From Octopus bimaculoides (lineage: Eukaryota): DNA of 40,821 nucleotides. The translations under genes were made by a program, and so were the position numbers. The notes beneath the pieces are model-generated. The model worked only from the letters and a program-made list of their open reading frames with translations, did no database searches and was not told the DNA's origin. This document shows, piece by piece, positions 23,160 through 34,483 of the stretch; the first letter of the stretch is position 1; each line of letters begins with the position of its first letter. The stretch lies in contig NC_068982.1 of assembly GCF_001194135.2 (NCBI RefSeq), forward strand, positions 131,803,418-131,844,238. The letters are read 5' to 3'.

Positions 23160-23428
23160 AGTCTAAAAGGATTTTCAGCAGCCGAAAGCTTCTATTGTTG
23201 TCAAAATGGCTCACCCGACTTAGATCACGCATTCCCTTCCGTAGTTCAGTGCCAGCTTTCATTTTACTTTAATGACCAACCATTCTTTCTAATTTCACCT
23301 CTTCACTACAGAAATAGGTTCCTTTTATCTTCTATTTTGTCTCCCACAAAATGACTGGTGAGGGGCTATCTGTAGTGTGCACTTGAGTGAAACTCCTCTC
23401 CTCTCTATTATATATACATACATACGAA

Positions 23429-24398
23429 TGTAGTGGATAACAGCTAGCCTTTGGTTGCATTTTGAACCCCGTTGTGTCCACTACTCTGATTGGTTGGTAC
23501 TGGCGCAATTTGTCTCTTACTCTATTGCGCCAATACGCAGCTTATAACCAATCGAAGCCCCTAAATAAGGTCACGTGTGACAGCCTGTTCTCATCTCAGT
23601 TTTGAGCCTACGACTCCTTATAAAACCCCAGCTTCTCATCTCAATGTCTTTTGGTTCCAGACCTTTTAAGGTCTAGCCACTGACCACACAATACACTGCC
23701 AGTTCCAGCGACAACACAACAGCAGCCATGTTGAGACTCACCAACTTCGTCCAAAAGTATTCGGCGACCTCCATCTCCATCGTCCTAACTTCAACATCTG
23801 TACATACACAACTCAACAAGCACCTCGCCCAGGTTCCAACTCTCCACTGTTCGTGAATTACTTCACCATGGACCAACAGCGAAAAAACCTGTGAGAACTC
23901 CTGTACCAAGTAACCGAGGCAGCAGCATCACAGCCACAACTTCACATACGACATGTACCACAACCAGCTCTGCATCATCACCACAACTTCTTGATACAGT
24001 ATTTCAACTATAGTGTACAATTGACTATGAACTGGTATTTATCATTCTTGTGTCTATGAACTTACACCTCACTTCGATGGCTACAGACTCATTCACTGTC
24101 TCTTCTTCATCACCATCCTTATATGTTCTTAATACGCATACATCAATGCCTACATACACACACATACATCATGTTCTCATGACAGCCTGTCTATTATTCT
24201 GTATATATGATGCACACACAATCACATATGTTAATATATCAATAAATCTTCTCTTGAACATTCTACCCAGTTGTGTCTCTTTTTTCCCTCTGGCACATAT
24301 ACGCATTATTCTATTTATATTTATTGTATCGACCATGTGATGTACTAAGGAGCCATTTTCATCACCTCACTTCGCACGGATATTACTAACTGGTGACC
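23429..24398 (+). mobile_element. Second LTR (B) with truncated PBS, nested inside element A
   Basis: Starts TGTAGTGG. Contains paired CCAAT boxes (23488-23553), CACGTG (23572), TATAAAA (23619) and AATAAA (24241). Ends TATTACTA (24388), followed by TGGTGACC (24391-24398). No sequence similarity to LTR-A. Confidence 0.6.
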
Positions 24399-25282
24399 AG
24401 TTACAGCTCCTTGAAACTACAAAAATAATTATAATGGGAGAAGAAGATACTCCACAGGTATCATAAACCTTCCATTCCATTATAAGACATTTTCTGCAAG
24501 GAACTGGAAGCTGGAGAATTCAAACACAGCTCATGTAATTGTGTGTGTGTGTGTGCCTCCTACTTTTATACTATCTCCTTTACTTTCTCCTCCTCATAAG
24601 TTTCCTCTCTCAGCACACCCCTTCCATTTACTCTATTGTTTATTTATCAGGTCATTCAATTTAAGATAAGAAACCAGTTGCCTTTTCCCACTTTCCAGTT
24701 ATCAGTTTATTTCTGTGCATTGTTCCTTCCACTTTAGATGCCTTGTTCTAGTAGCAGTCACACTCACACACACAGTATGACCAAATGAATGTGACTATCC
24801 TTGTAGTTTGTCATTTTATTGTAAACACTTATCATAATTTGGTTTGAAGAGAGCAGAGAAGATTGACAAGGCAGTAAGGCATGAAATTAAATTATTAAAT
24901 GATAGTTGGGGTCAGAAAGAGCATCCAACCATAGAAAATTTGTCACAATGAACTTTGTCTGATCCAGGCAAGCAGAGAAAAGCAACAACGATGATGATGA
25001 TGATGATGATGATGCTCTTCACACTTTGCATCGGTCAATTTCTTTTAGTTTCTTCATACAGCAAACTAAGAGCTACTTTGCTGTATCCTTAGCACATATC
25101 TTCATCATCTCAAAATGCAAAGCAATGCTTCTACAGTTTGTTACTTCTGAACAATTCAAAGAAATTTTGATGTGTCTGTAGATCAATAAATCATTGTGTG
25201 AGACATCAGCCTTTGTTATTCTTCAGTAATCAGAATCAGATATGAGCACAGATTTGACAACAATGCTTTTGCAAATTTTGAT

Positions 25283-25698
25283 CACCATTTTTGAGGCGCC
25301 TGACTGGCTCCCGTGCCGATGGCACATAAAAAGCACCATCTGAATGTGGCCAATGCCAGTACCCCTGACTGGCTATCATGCTGGTGGCACGTAAAAAGCA
25401 CTATCCGAACGTAGCCGATGCCAGTACCCTCTGACTGGCCCCCATGCCGGTGGTATGTAAAAAGCACTATCTGAATGTGATCGATGCCAGGCCCACCTGA
25501 CTGGCTCCTATGCCGGTGGCATGTAAAAAGCACCCGCTACACTCTCGGAGTGGTTGGCATTAGGAAGGGCATCCAACTGTAGAAACATTGCCATATCAGA
25601 TAGGAGCCTGGTGCAGCTGCTGGCTCTCCAGACCACAGTCAAACTGTCTAACCCATGCCAGCATAAAAAAAAAACAGACGTTGATGATGATGATGATG
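25283..25698 (+). mobile_element. Retroposon family 2 with an expanded internal ~65-bp tandem array
   Basis: Units starting CTGACTGGC at 25300, 25365, 25431 and 25497, then the GGTTGGCATTAGGAAGGGCATCC block and (ATG)n tail. Confidence 0.85.
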
Positions 25699-27310
25699 AG
25701 GCTGAACTGTACAGACTTCCAAATGGGAGGGAATCATTCAAATAATCTTCTAGCTTTGTTTAGTTGAAACTGTGTTTCATACTCCATGACTTTTCATAAC
25801 TTGAGTCTTAGGCTTGTTTATGTAATATGCCTAATCTACAAAATACACTTACAAAGTTTGTTAGTCTTCATTTGATTGTATTAACTTATAAAACAATTGA
25901 TAAGTTATCAACAATCTTTATCCTTAGATAATAAAAGTCTATTAATCCCTTGAAATCAACCTGTTGAGGCTAAAAAAATTACCCACATCAATTATGATAA
26001 TGAAGAGTAAGCTAGTTCAGGTTTTCGTCAACCATATTGACCCCAGTGATTACTTCAGCCTAGCACTTATATTATTGATGTCTATTTGTTGAACCACTAA
26101 GTTATATTATGCAAAGTAACACAACATGCTTCTGCACATTTTATGTCTACCAAATTCCACTCATAAGCTATGGATCACCTTAAGGTTGTAATAGAAGACA
26201 CTTGCTGAAAAAGCTGCACAATCTTCCATGAAAACATGTTTGGCCATGGGAAATATTATCTTGCTTGGAAACAGGTGAAGGTTGGCCACAGGAAGAGCAT
26301 CTGGCTGTAGAAAAACTACTTCATAAATTCCTTGTCACCCATGTGAACATCGACAAGGATGACGACTGTTAGGCCTATGTATGAATGTATATACACAAAG
26401 GCCTAAGTAGTTAGTAATATTTTCAACTGAACAACATTTAAACACTAGTATGGCACTAAGTTGATAAAAATTACAATCCATGCCTTAAGACATTAAATTT
26501 CATCTCTACATTCTAGTTATGAAACTTATCATGGTCAGTTTTGCCTCTCATTTCTTCAGGACTGGCAAGCTACGTAAGAATATAATCTGGAATCAATTCT
26601 TCAACTGACTATAACCTTTGCCCTCTAAAGAACAGTTTTGTACCAGGTGTACGAACACAAATGAATGGTAGAAGCAATAACTTTACAAAAGCGCCATTCT
26701 AGTCACCTAATAACAGTTTTGTGTTTCACTAAATGACTACAACAGCTTTTCCACATGGTTTCAGTTCAGTTCAGATCATTTGTGAAACGACTACAACTAC
26801 TAATTGTCACAACAACCATTACAATTGTTACTACAAGGAAGTAATAATACTACATGCGAAAACTTATTAATAAATGAAATTAAAATTCCTTGACAAAAGG
26901 TGTTTAGTAAGAATGCCTCCATTGCGTCACTGTTGTTTCTCACTGACACGTTGATCGTATAAATGTTGAGAGACTTTCAAAGCATTGTCATTTTAATACT
27001 TGCAAAGGTCAGGCAGAATACAATGAGGCAAATTTTCTATGGTTGGATGCCATTCCTATTGCCAAAGCTGACTTGCTGCCTAGCACAGTAATAGCTCCTC
27101 ATGACTGCACACATTTTTGTAGAAAAATACCACTTGTATAACATTACACTTATCACATGATATCAAGACAAGGAGAAACACATACATATAAACACACATA
27201 CAAATACATATAAATACCCATAGACACACATGCACAAATACAAATACACACTCATATACACATACATCATCATCACCACATACATATATGTGTATATATG
27301 TAAATATATA

Positions 27311-27730
27311 CCTATGTGGCTGTGTGGTAAGAAGCTGCTTCCCACAACATGGTTCAGGTTCAGTCCCACTGCGTGGCACTTTGGGCAAGTGTCTCCTACT
27401 ATAGCCTCGGGCCAACCAAAGCCTTGAGTGGATTTGGTAGATGGAAACTGAAAGAAGCCAGTCGTATATATATTTATATATATATATATATTTGTGTGTG
27501 TGAGTGTCTGTGTTTGTCCCCCCCCACCACCACCACCATCTGACAACCAATGTTGCTGTGTTTACGTCCCTGTACCTTAGCAGTTCAGCAAAAGAGGCTG
27601 ATAGAATAAGTGCTAGGACTTACAAAGAGTAAGTTCTGGAGTTGATTTGTTTGACTAAAGGCGATGCTCCAACATGGCCACAGTCAAATGACTGAAACAA
27701 GTAAAAAAGAATTTAAAAAAAAAGAGAATA
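27311..27730 (+). mobile_element. SINE family 1
   Basis: Head GTGGCTGTGTGGTAAG, B-box GGTTCAGTCC, tail GACTGAAACAAGTAAAA. Confidence 0.88.
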
Positions 27731-27741
27731 CAACAGGCTTC

Positions 27742-28055
27742 TTTCAGTTTCATCATCATCATCATCATCATCATTTAACATCCATTGTCCATGCTGGCAT
27801 GGGTTGAATGGTTTGACCAGAGCTGGCAAGCTGAGGAGTTCTAGCAGACTCCAGTCTGATTTGGCATGGATTCTATGGCTGGATGTCCTTCTTAATGCCA
27901 ATTACTTTACAGAGAGTGCTGGGTGTTTTAATGTGGCACTGCAAGGGTGCTTTTTGTGGTGCCACACGGGCACTTTTACATTGCATTACATGGGTGCTTT
28001 TATGTGGCACTTTTACGTGACATCACATGGGTGCTTTTACATGGCACTGCCATAA
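27742..28055 (-). mobile_element. Retroposon family 2, diverged
   Basis: (CAT)n tail at left, CCATGCTGGCATGGGTTG and GGATGTCCTTCTTAATGCCAA blocks. Confidence 0.78.
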
Positions 28056-28317
28056 ATGCTTTACACCACCCCAGAGGGACCAGTTTTAATACTTTTGCTG
28101 CAGAATATGGGTCTTCTTGAATACAGCAAAGCACTAGGCATTTCGGTCCTTTGTCATCTTGCCTGAAAGGTTCAGTATCCTCAGGTCATTCTTCAGTACT
28201 TCATCCCAAACCTACCTGTTTAGCTTAGCCCAGGGCTATAAAAAAAAAAAGACATTTGTCCAAAGTGCCATGTATGAGGACTAAACTTCTTAACCACACA
28301 GCTGTGCTTTTCACATA

Positions 28318-29223
28318 CCGTAAATCCTCGAGTATAATCCGCATTTTTCCCCAAAATATAAAGGTCAAAATCCCTAGTGCGTACTATATATGAGGTTAAA
28401 AATGAAAAATATTTTCTAAGCAATGTCCGAGTCTCTATTTGCTGTCCGGCAATGTTTATTCAGACGCATTTTGTGATATCGGGCTTGTAACTGATAGTGA
28501 TAAATATGTAAAAGCAATTTACTGAATATTCATTTTTCACTGACGTTATTTCTGTTATTTCTATATTTTCTGCAAACAAAGTGCACAAAAAAGCTACACA
28601 TTTAGGCGTAGGAGTGGCTGTGTGGTAAGTAGTTTGCTTACCAACCACATGGTCCCGGGTTCAGTCCCACTGCGTGGCATCTTGGGCAAGTGTCTTCTAC
28701 TATAGCCTCGGGCCGACCAATGCCTTGTGAGTGGATTTGGTAGACGGAAACTGAAAGAAGCCTGTCGTATATATGTATATATATATGTATGTGTGTATGT
28801 GTTTGTATGTCTGTGTTTGTCCCCCCAACATCGCTTGACAACCGATGCTGGTGTGTTTATGTCCCTGTAACTTAGCGGTTCGGCAAAAGAGACCGATAGA
28901 ATAAGTACTAGGCTTCCAAAGAATAAGTCCTGGGGTCGATTTGCTCGACTAAAGGCGGTGCTCCAGCATGGCCACAGTCAAAAGACTGAAACAAGTAAAA
29001 GAGTAAAAGAGTAAAGAGATTTGCATTATGTTATATATACAATAATAATAAAGGATGTTACCGTATATATGTTTACAAACCAAGGAGGTTATATAGACTT
29101 CTTTGACTCAAGTTAGAGAAGGGGTGCGTATTATACACAAGGTCTAGGTTTTTCAGAGGTACAGTCCCCTAAAAATCCCCTGCGTATTATACTAAAGGGC
29201 GGACTATACTCAAGGATTTACGG
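28318..29223. mobile_element. pogo/Tc2-like non-autonomous DNA transposon carrying a nested SINE
   Basis: 25-bp TIRs CCGTAAATCCTCGAGTATAATCCGC and GCGGACTATACTCAAGGATTTACGG (2 mismatches). TA TSD on both sides. Subterminal TGCGTA(T/C)TATA repeats near 28379, 29135 and 29181. Confidence 0.88.
28603..29018 (+). mobile_element. SINE family 1, well-preserved copy nested in a MITE
   Basis: TAGGCGTAGGAGTGGCTGTGTGGTAAG head with A/B-box-like motifs and (GTAAAAGA)n tail. CpGs largely intact. Confidence 0.92.
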
Positions 29224-30000
29224 TATATAATATTTTAATGAATTTACTCCGAGGTGGAAAGACAGCACTCATAATACTTTCAGGACTTCCAAGACTGGTT
29301 GAAGATCAAAAGTGTTATTCTTAGAGCAAAGAACTGGCTTTAAATGCTTGCATCAAACACACTCAGAGGTCAGATGGCAATGGATCAAGTCTACCAGTCA
29401 ACAGTATCCAGAGAGGTGGGAGAGGGGCAACAGACAGACAAACAGACAAGCATTATAACATAAATGAAGAACACAAGTAGAAATTTTGCCTAAAATAAAA
29501 AGATTAAAAACAAAGGAAAAAAATTATTCAGATTCTAAATGTCATAGTTCATAGATTCTACATAAAGTTCACTCAATGAAGAGAAATGCAAACAAGATAT
29601 AGAATATGTACATAAGGCATATGGAGTTGAATCTGGTATTGTAGGAAAACATACACTGAACACAGAGATAAGGCCATCATCATTGCCATCATTCGTTTTC
29701 CATGCTGGCATGGGTTGGATGGCTAGACAGGAACTGGTAAGGCCAAGGTCCACATCAGGTTCCATAGTCAGTTTTGGCTTGGTTTCCTAATGCCAACCAG
29801 ATTACAGGTATACTGGGTACTTTTTATATGGCACTGTCACCAATGTTTTTCATGTGGGACCTTAATCTCGAAAGGGTTTGCAAAGAAAACAAATGGATTC
29901 TTAACTTCGAATATGAAAAGGATAAAACTATACACTGTTAGACATTTAGTTCATTTGCTCTACAATGTGTACCATTTAACCGGACAAATATTAATTTATA

Positions 30001-30373
30001 AAGGTTGCTTCCCAACCATATGGTTTGGGGTTCAATCCCACTGTGTGACACCTTGGGCAAGTGTCTTCTAATATAACCTCGAGCCAAACAAAACCTTGGG
30101 AGTGGATTTGGTAGATGGAAATTGAAAGAAGCTCATTGTATATGCATATGTACATATCTATGTGTATGTGTCTTTATGTATGTGTTTGTACCCCCATCCC
30201 CACTTGACAACCAGTGTGAGTGTGTATGTCTCTGTAGCTTAGCAGAGATTGATAGAATAAGTACCAAATTAAAAAAAAAAAAAGTACTGAGGTCAATTTA
30301 TTTGATTAAAATTCTGCAAAGCAGTGCTCCACCATGGCCTCAGTCTAATGACTGAACCACATAAAAAATAAAA
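30001..30373 (+). mobile_element. SINE family 1, diverged and 5'-truncated
   Basis: GGGTTCAATCCCACTG...CCTTGGGCAAGTGTCTTCTA...GGATTTGGTAGATGGAAATTGAAAGAAGC. Confidence 0.8.
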
Positions 30374-30624
30374 CAACATAAGACCACAAATATAGGATAG
30401 GAATTGGGGACTGTTCTAACCTCAGGCGAAGTTCTGTTGTCCCTACATACACAAACACAGTATACATAGATTAGCATAAGGTCCCTACACCTGTAGGACA
30501 TCCAGGCAATTACCAAGTGTGCCTATGCTTAAAGACGACATGGGTAGGTATATAGCTGATATTACATGGATTCCAAATGATAACTGTAATCATAATTATT
30601 ATTACTATTATTATTATGGTTGTG

Positions 30625-30830
30625 AGCCGGCAGAATCATTACGACGTTGGACAAAACACTTAGCAAATTCTGCTGAGATCGATTTTGCCTTTCATTTCGC
30701 TGGGGAAGACGAAATAAACACCAGTCAAGTACTGGGATTGATGTAATTGACTAAACCACACTCCCTTAAAATTTCAGGCTTTGTGTCTATAGTAGAAAAG
30801 ATTATTATTGTAATTATTATTGCTATTAGA
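30625..30830 (+). mobile_element. SINE family 3, diverged
   Basis: GCCGGCAGAATCATT...AAATTCTGCTGAGATCGATTTTGCCTTTCAT...AAAATTTCAGGCTTTGTGTCTATAGTAGAAAAGATTATTATT. Confidence 0.7.
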
Positions 30831-32020
30831 TCCCACCCAGATCACTTTTTCTTTCATCCTACCAGGTCGATAAAATAAGGTTCTAATCAAAGCTTGGGAT
30901 CAATGACATCAATTAGACCCCCTCCCTTCAAAACTGCTCGTCTCGTGCTTAAATCAGAAGCCATTATAATTATATCGCAACTGGTGAATAATAGCGTCGT
31001 TGACAAACAAATTATTGATTTGATTCATTTCTAATGGTGAGCGGCAAGGGAGTGTCTGTAACTTGGTGCAGAACAAGTATCGCAAGGAACTTAGTACTGT
31101 AGAAAGAAATCTAACTTGACAGCGAAATTTTTTTAATCTCACAACCTTGACCAGAATACATGAAAGACAAACTGTCCTCATCAAAAGTGAAGAAACACAA
31201 ATTTCTAGCTTACAGGGGGAAAAATATGCACTCCATGTTTCTTTTAATTAAATGCACAGATCCTATTATCTTAGGATAAGAAGTAGTGACCTTCACACCT
31301 TTTTTGATGGCATTAGTGTTGAGAATTAATTTCAGATAAGAATCGGAACAAGACAACAGAATCGACTCGTACAGAGCTTACATTTTTTAACACTAGTGTT
31401 AAATTTAGGCAAATGAATTAACATACCAGTTCGCACCGTTTTACATTGTCTATCGATCGGGGTCATTGTATTCTTGTTAGAAATCAAAACAAGAAGCAAC
31501 AGATTTTATTTCGGTATTTATCATGTTTCATAGATATTCGAGACGTATCAGACGATAATAACAATGCTTGTTTTCAAACAACAATTCCTTAACAATAAAC
31601 ACGGGATATACAGAAAAATAAAGAATCAGTAACGCTACGCCCAGTAAATATGTGAGACCTAATTATAAACAGAGAAGGAAATTTATTGGACTTTTATAAA
31701 TGGTTTAGAATTCTTAATGAATAAGTTTATTAATACAGGGACGTTTAAAGAAAACATAGTAGAAGACGAAATTTTGAAAAAGGTTTTAGTTTTTGTTTTT
31801 TTCACTGAATACGATACCAACTTATCATTACTGTTAAATCAATAAAAATATACGAAATAACTAAGGGTGAAGCATGTAGGATTAGAAACAAATTCTAAAT
31901 TATACTTAGAACAAATAGCGTGTCATTGTAAATTCTGATGATTCTAAGGAAAATATAAAAAAAACCATGCTGCAGACGTGGCTCTAAGTTTGCAAACCTA
32001 TAGAAACGATTGCACGTTAC

Positions 32021-32119
32021 CTTCAGCAAGTCCAGTGGATGGGTACAACAAGCTGCCAGAGCACTAGCAACCCCGCCGAAATACCAACGGCCGACACGTT
32101 TAGTTTTATCAACTTGCAT
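32021..32119 (-). CDS. SLC25A10: Mitochondrial dicarboxylate carrier (SLC25 family), coding exon 1
   Basis: Translates MQVDKTKRVGRWYFGGVASALAACCTHPLDLLK (33 codons), matching the DIC N-terminus (RWYFGGxAS..AACCTHPLDLLK) with the carrier signature PxDxxK. In-frame TAG 9 nt upstream of the ATG, A at -3. Followed by donor AAG|GTAACG, phase 0. Confidence 0.95.
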
Positions 32120-32330
32120 GTTTCTCTATTATCAGTCTCCAGCTCTTCGATGTTATGAAGAAGTTGTCTTAGTTTTTTCTGTTGTGTAATATGCTCTCAG
32201 CTGTTCGTACCCGCGAAACTAAATGTTGTTTTCTTTAAAACAAGGGAGAAAAGTTGCAACGCACAAATCAGGTCCTGGCGTGGTGGTAGTCATACGTTTA
32301 GAGTTGCTTCCCTTGACTACATGCATTTAT
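32120..32330 (-). promoter_or_regulatory. Probable 5'UTR and core promoter of the SLC25A10-like gene
   Basis: Immediately upstream of the start codon, free of recognisable repeats, locally retains CpG (GTACCCGCGAAA, GGCGTGG). The TSS cannot be placed from sequence. Confidence 0.45.
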
Positions 32331-33207
32331 TAAACTGTTCCTGCTTTCAGTTTTATTTTACACCAATGCTAAGAATCATGTAGACTAATTTATTATAATT
32401 TTCCAGGTCAGAATTAAATGGGAAATAATTAGAAGAAGACAAAGAAGTATTCAGATTAGTATGCATGTGCGTTGAATGTGTGTTTTATTGTAATTTGATT
32501 GCATATTATTTATCAGCAATGATAAATGCAAGGAGATACATTAACTTACTATAGTAGTAGTAGTAGTAAAAACTGGTTAACAAATTAACGAAGAAAGTTA
32601 CTAAGATCTAAACTATTGTTAATGGCATTGCGATTAATTTTAGATATGTTGAAGTTATATCAATTACTACTATGTCAATTGTTTTATGAGTATGTATGTT
32701 AAAATCAGAAATACTCTGGTTTTATTGTATTATCTTGTTATTAATAAATATGTCACTGTTGACGATGGTGTGATTTGTTTGTTGTCGAGAATATTTCCTG
32801 GGCATATCTACACAAATGTGCTCCACCCTCCGAAAATGGTTATTTCTCAATGGAATGTTTTATGTTTTAGACAGTGTAGACTACGATTATATCAAAATTC
32901 AATGTGGGAGGAAAAAGTGAGCGCATGCATATATGACATGCATCATATAGATATCGGCAAAATGAACTTTAAAATATTGAAAAGAATATCTGATGTGTGT
33001 TAGTATGTATGTGTGCGCATTCACCATCACGCACGCATATTAAATTTCGATATAATGGCAATCTACACCATCTGAAGAAGGATCTTTTGTGTTTGGCTGT
33101 CACTTTTCAATTTCTTCAATATCTATTCGAATTGATTTAATAGCTTTTAAAGTTTGCAAATTTTGGTTAATTTTAGCCAGTCGAAAGCCACAGACATATA
33201 GGTGTCT

Positions 33208-33221
33208 GTTTCCATAGTAAC
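33208..33221. promoter_or_regulatory. RFX X-box motif
   Basis: GTTTCCATAGTAAC matches the 14-bp X-box consensus GTHNYYAT-RRNAAC. Function unproven. Confidence 0.4.
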
Positions 33222-34437
33222 ATGTCAAGCTGTTACCAAGCTGTTTACCCATGTGCTCATTTTCTGCTTATCTAAATACTTAAAATACATGAAGTATGAC
33301 GTGGTCGTAAGATGTGCTAGAAATAATAGCCAAATAGGCCTTAAATCACACGGCAATTTTCTCTTTCTTCTTCTTTTTAAATTTTTTTTTGGTGGGTCGG
33401 TGGGTGGTTTTGCATAATTTTATGAATTCCCGTGTGTGGAATACAAATTCACAAAAAAAATTTCTGAAAATTCAAAAAAGTAAAAAACCTATGAGGGGTT
33501 ATATGACGTGCACAAAGCCGAATTCCGCCAATATTTCATTTGTTTATAGTTGACAACTTCTGATTGGGTCAAAATGGTCAAACAGGCTGGTTGCTGACAT
33601 ATTTTTCTGTTCTGTAAGGATTTTATCTTATATATGCCCTTTTTATTTGTCTTAATATTTCTTATCAGAAATTTTATACTCCTTTACATTGGTAGTTTTT
33701 AAACAAGCTCCTAAATGTCATTCCAGAAGCTTTTCCATCATCAAGAATTGCTCTTTCGTATCTGATAATTTCTTTACACACCTGGTAAAAAAAAAATTTC
33801 TAGTTTACTCTTAAGATAGCGTTTTGTCTATATTGGTTTATCCGTTTTTCATACCGTTCAACCCTAGCTGTTTTCACAATCACTCTCTCTAACCATTGTC
33901 AGCTTTCGCATCCCCTTTATTCTGTACTTTCTTATTTCTTTATTGCACACAAGGGGCTAAACATAGAGGTACTTTCTCCATAGTTCATTATATTTCCTTA
34001 TAATTATCAATTGCTCTTACAGTTTACTTTCTAAAACATCACTACTTATATATTCTCTTGTTCTTTTCCATCATAGTTCGTTCTTTTTAGTGTTCCTTCT
34101 TGCATCGTTCCAATTCCTTTTTAGGAGAGCGGGTTATATATCTTTAGATATACACCTAACTCTCATACATTAAATTGGAAGAGAACCGAACGCAGAAACT
34201 TCAAACTGATCAACAACAACAAATATTTATTGTTCGGTGGAAAAGGTAAACAGCTTCTAATTGTCCGGTTTTAGAGTAGCCTGAAATGTAGATGTACGGT
34301 TCTTCGTGCTGGTGTCGTTATAGAGACAACTTGGTTCAACCACACTCAAATGGGAGAGCTTGCTTAGACGTCTTGCTTGGTCGCTGTCTGCCTTGGTAAG
34401 AGTCTGTCTAAAAGCAGGAACGCTTCGATGTTTAAAC

Positions 34438-34483
34438 CCACGCATGCGTGGTTAAGGATTCAGCAATGGCGCCTATGACGTCA
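34438..34483. promoter_or_regulatory. Palindromic NRF1-like core plus full CRE
   Basis: CCACGCATGCGTGG (14-bp palindrome, 34438-34451) and TGACGTCA (34476-34483). Confidence 0.35.

Larger units (their letters stand above)
22538..24484 (+). mobile_element. Internally deleted LTR retrotransposon A (Gypsy-like)
   Basis: 5' LTR 22538-23146 (TGTAG...ATTATA; TATA-like TATTTAA at 22678 followed by a pyrimidine-rich CATTCTCTCT). PBS follows. The last ~75 bp of the LTR recur at 24408-24484. 4-bp TSD AGAC at 22534-22537 and 24485-24488. Confidence 0.75.

Noticed and set aside
22870-23262. 130-aa minus-strand ORF, and a plus-strand ATG reading at 22847 that first looked like a LINE ORF1
   Set aside because: No recognisable domain. 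The region is better explained as LTR U5, PBS and leader, given the TSD and terminal repeat.
25300-25534. Regularly spaced repeats resembling a CRISPR array
   Set aside because: Whole units are similar with no unique spacers, the context is eukaryotic, and there are no cas genes. It is a retroposon-internal minisatellite.
31895-32020. C-terminal 41 codons of the 74-aa ORF at 31895-32119
   Set aside because: Read-through into intron 1. Homology stops at LDLLK, where a GT donor lies, and resumes in the exon at 11178.
34257-34445. 62-aa minus-strand ATG ORF upstream of the gene
   Set aside because: No homology recognised and no usable donor linking it to exon 2; it sits in an LTR-like or regulatory cassette.
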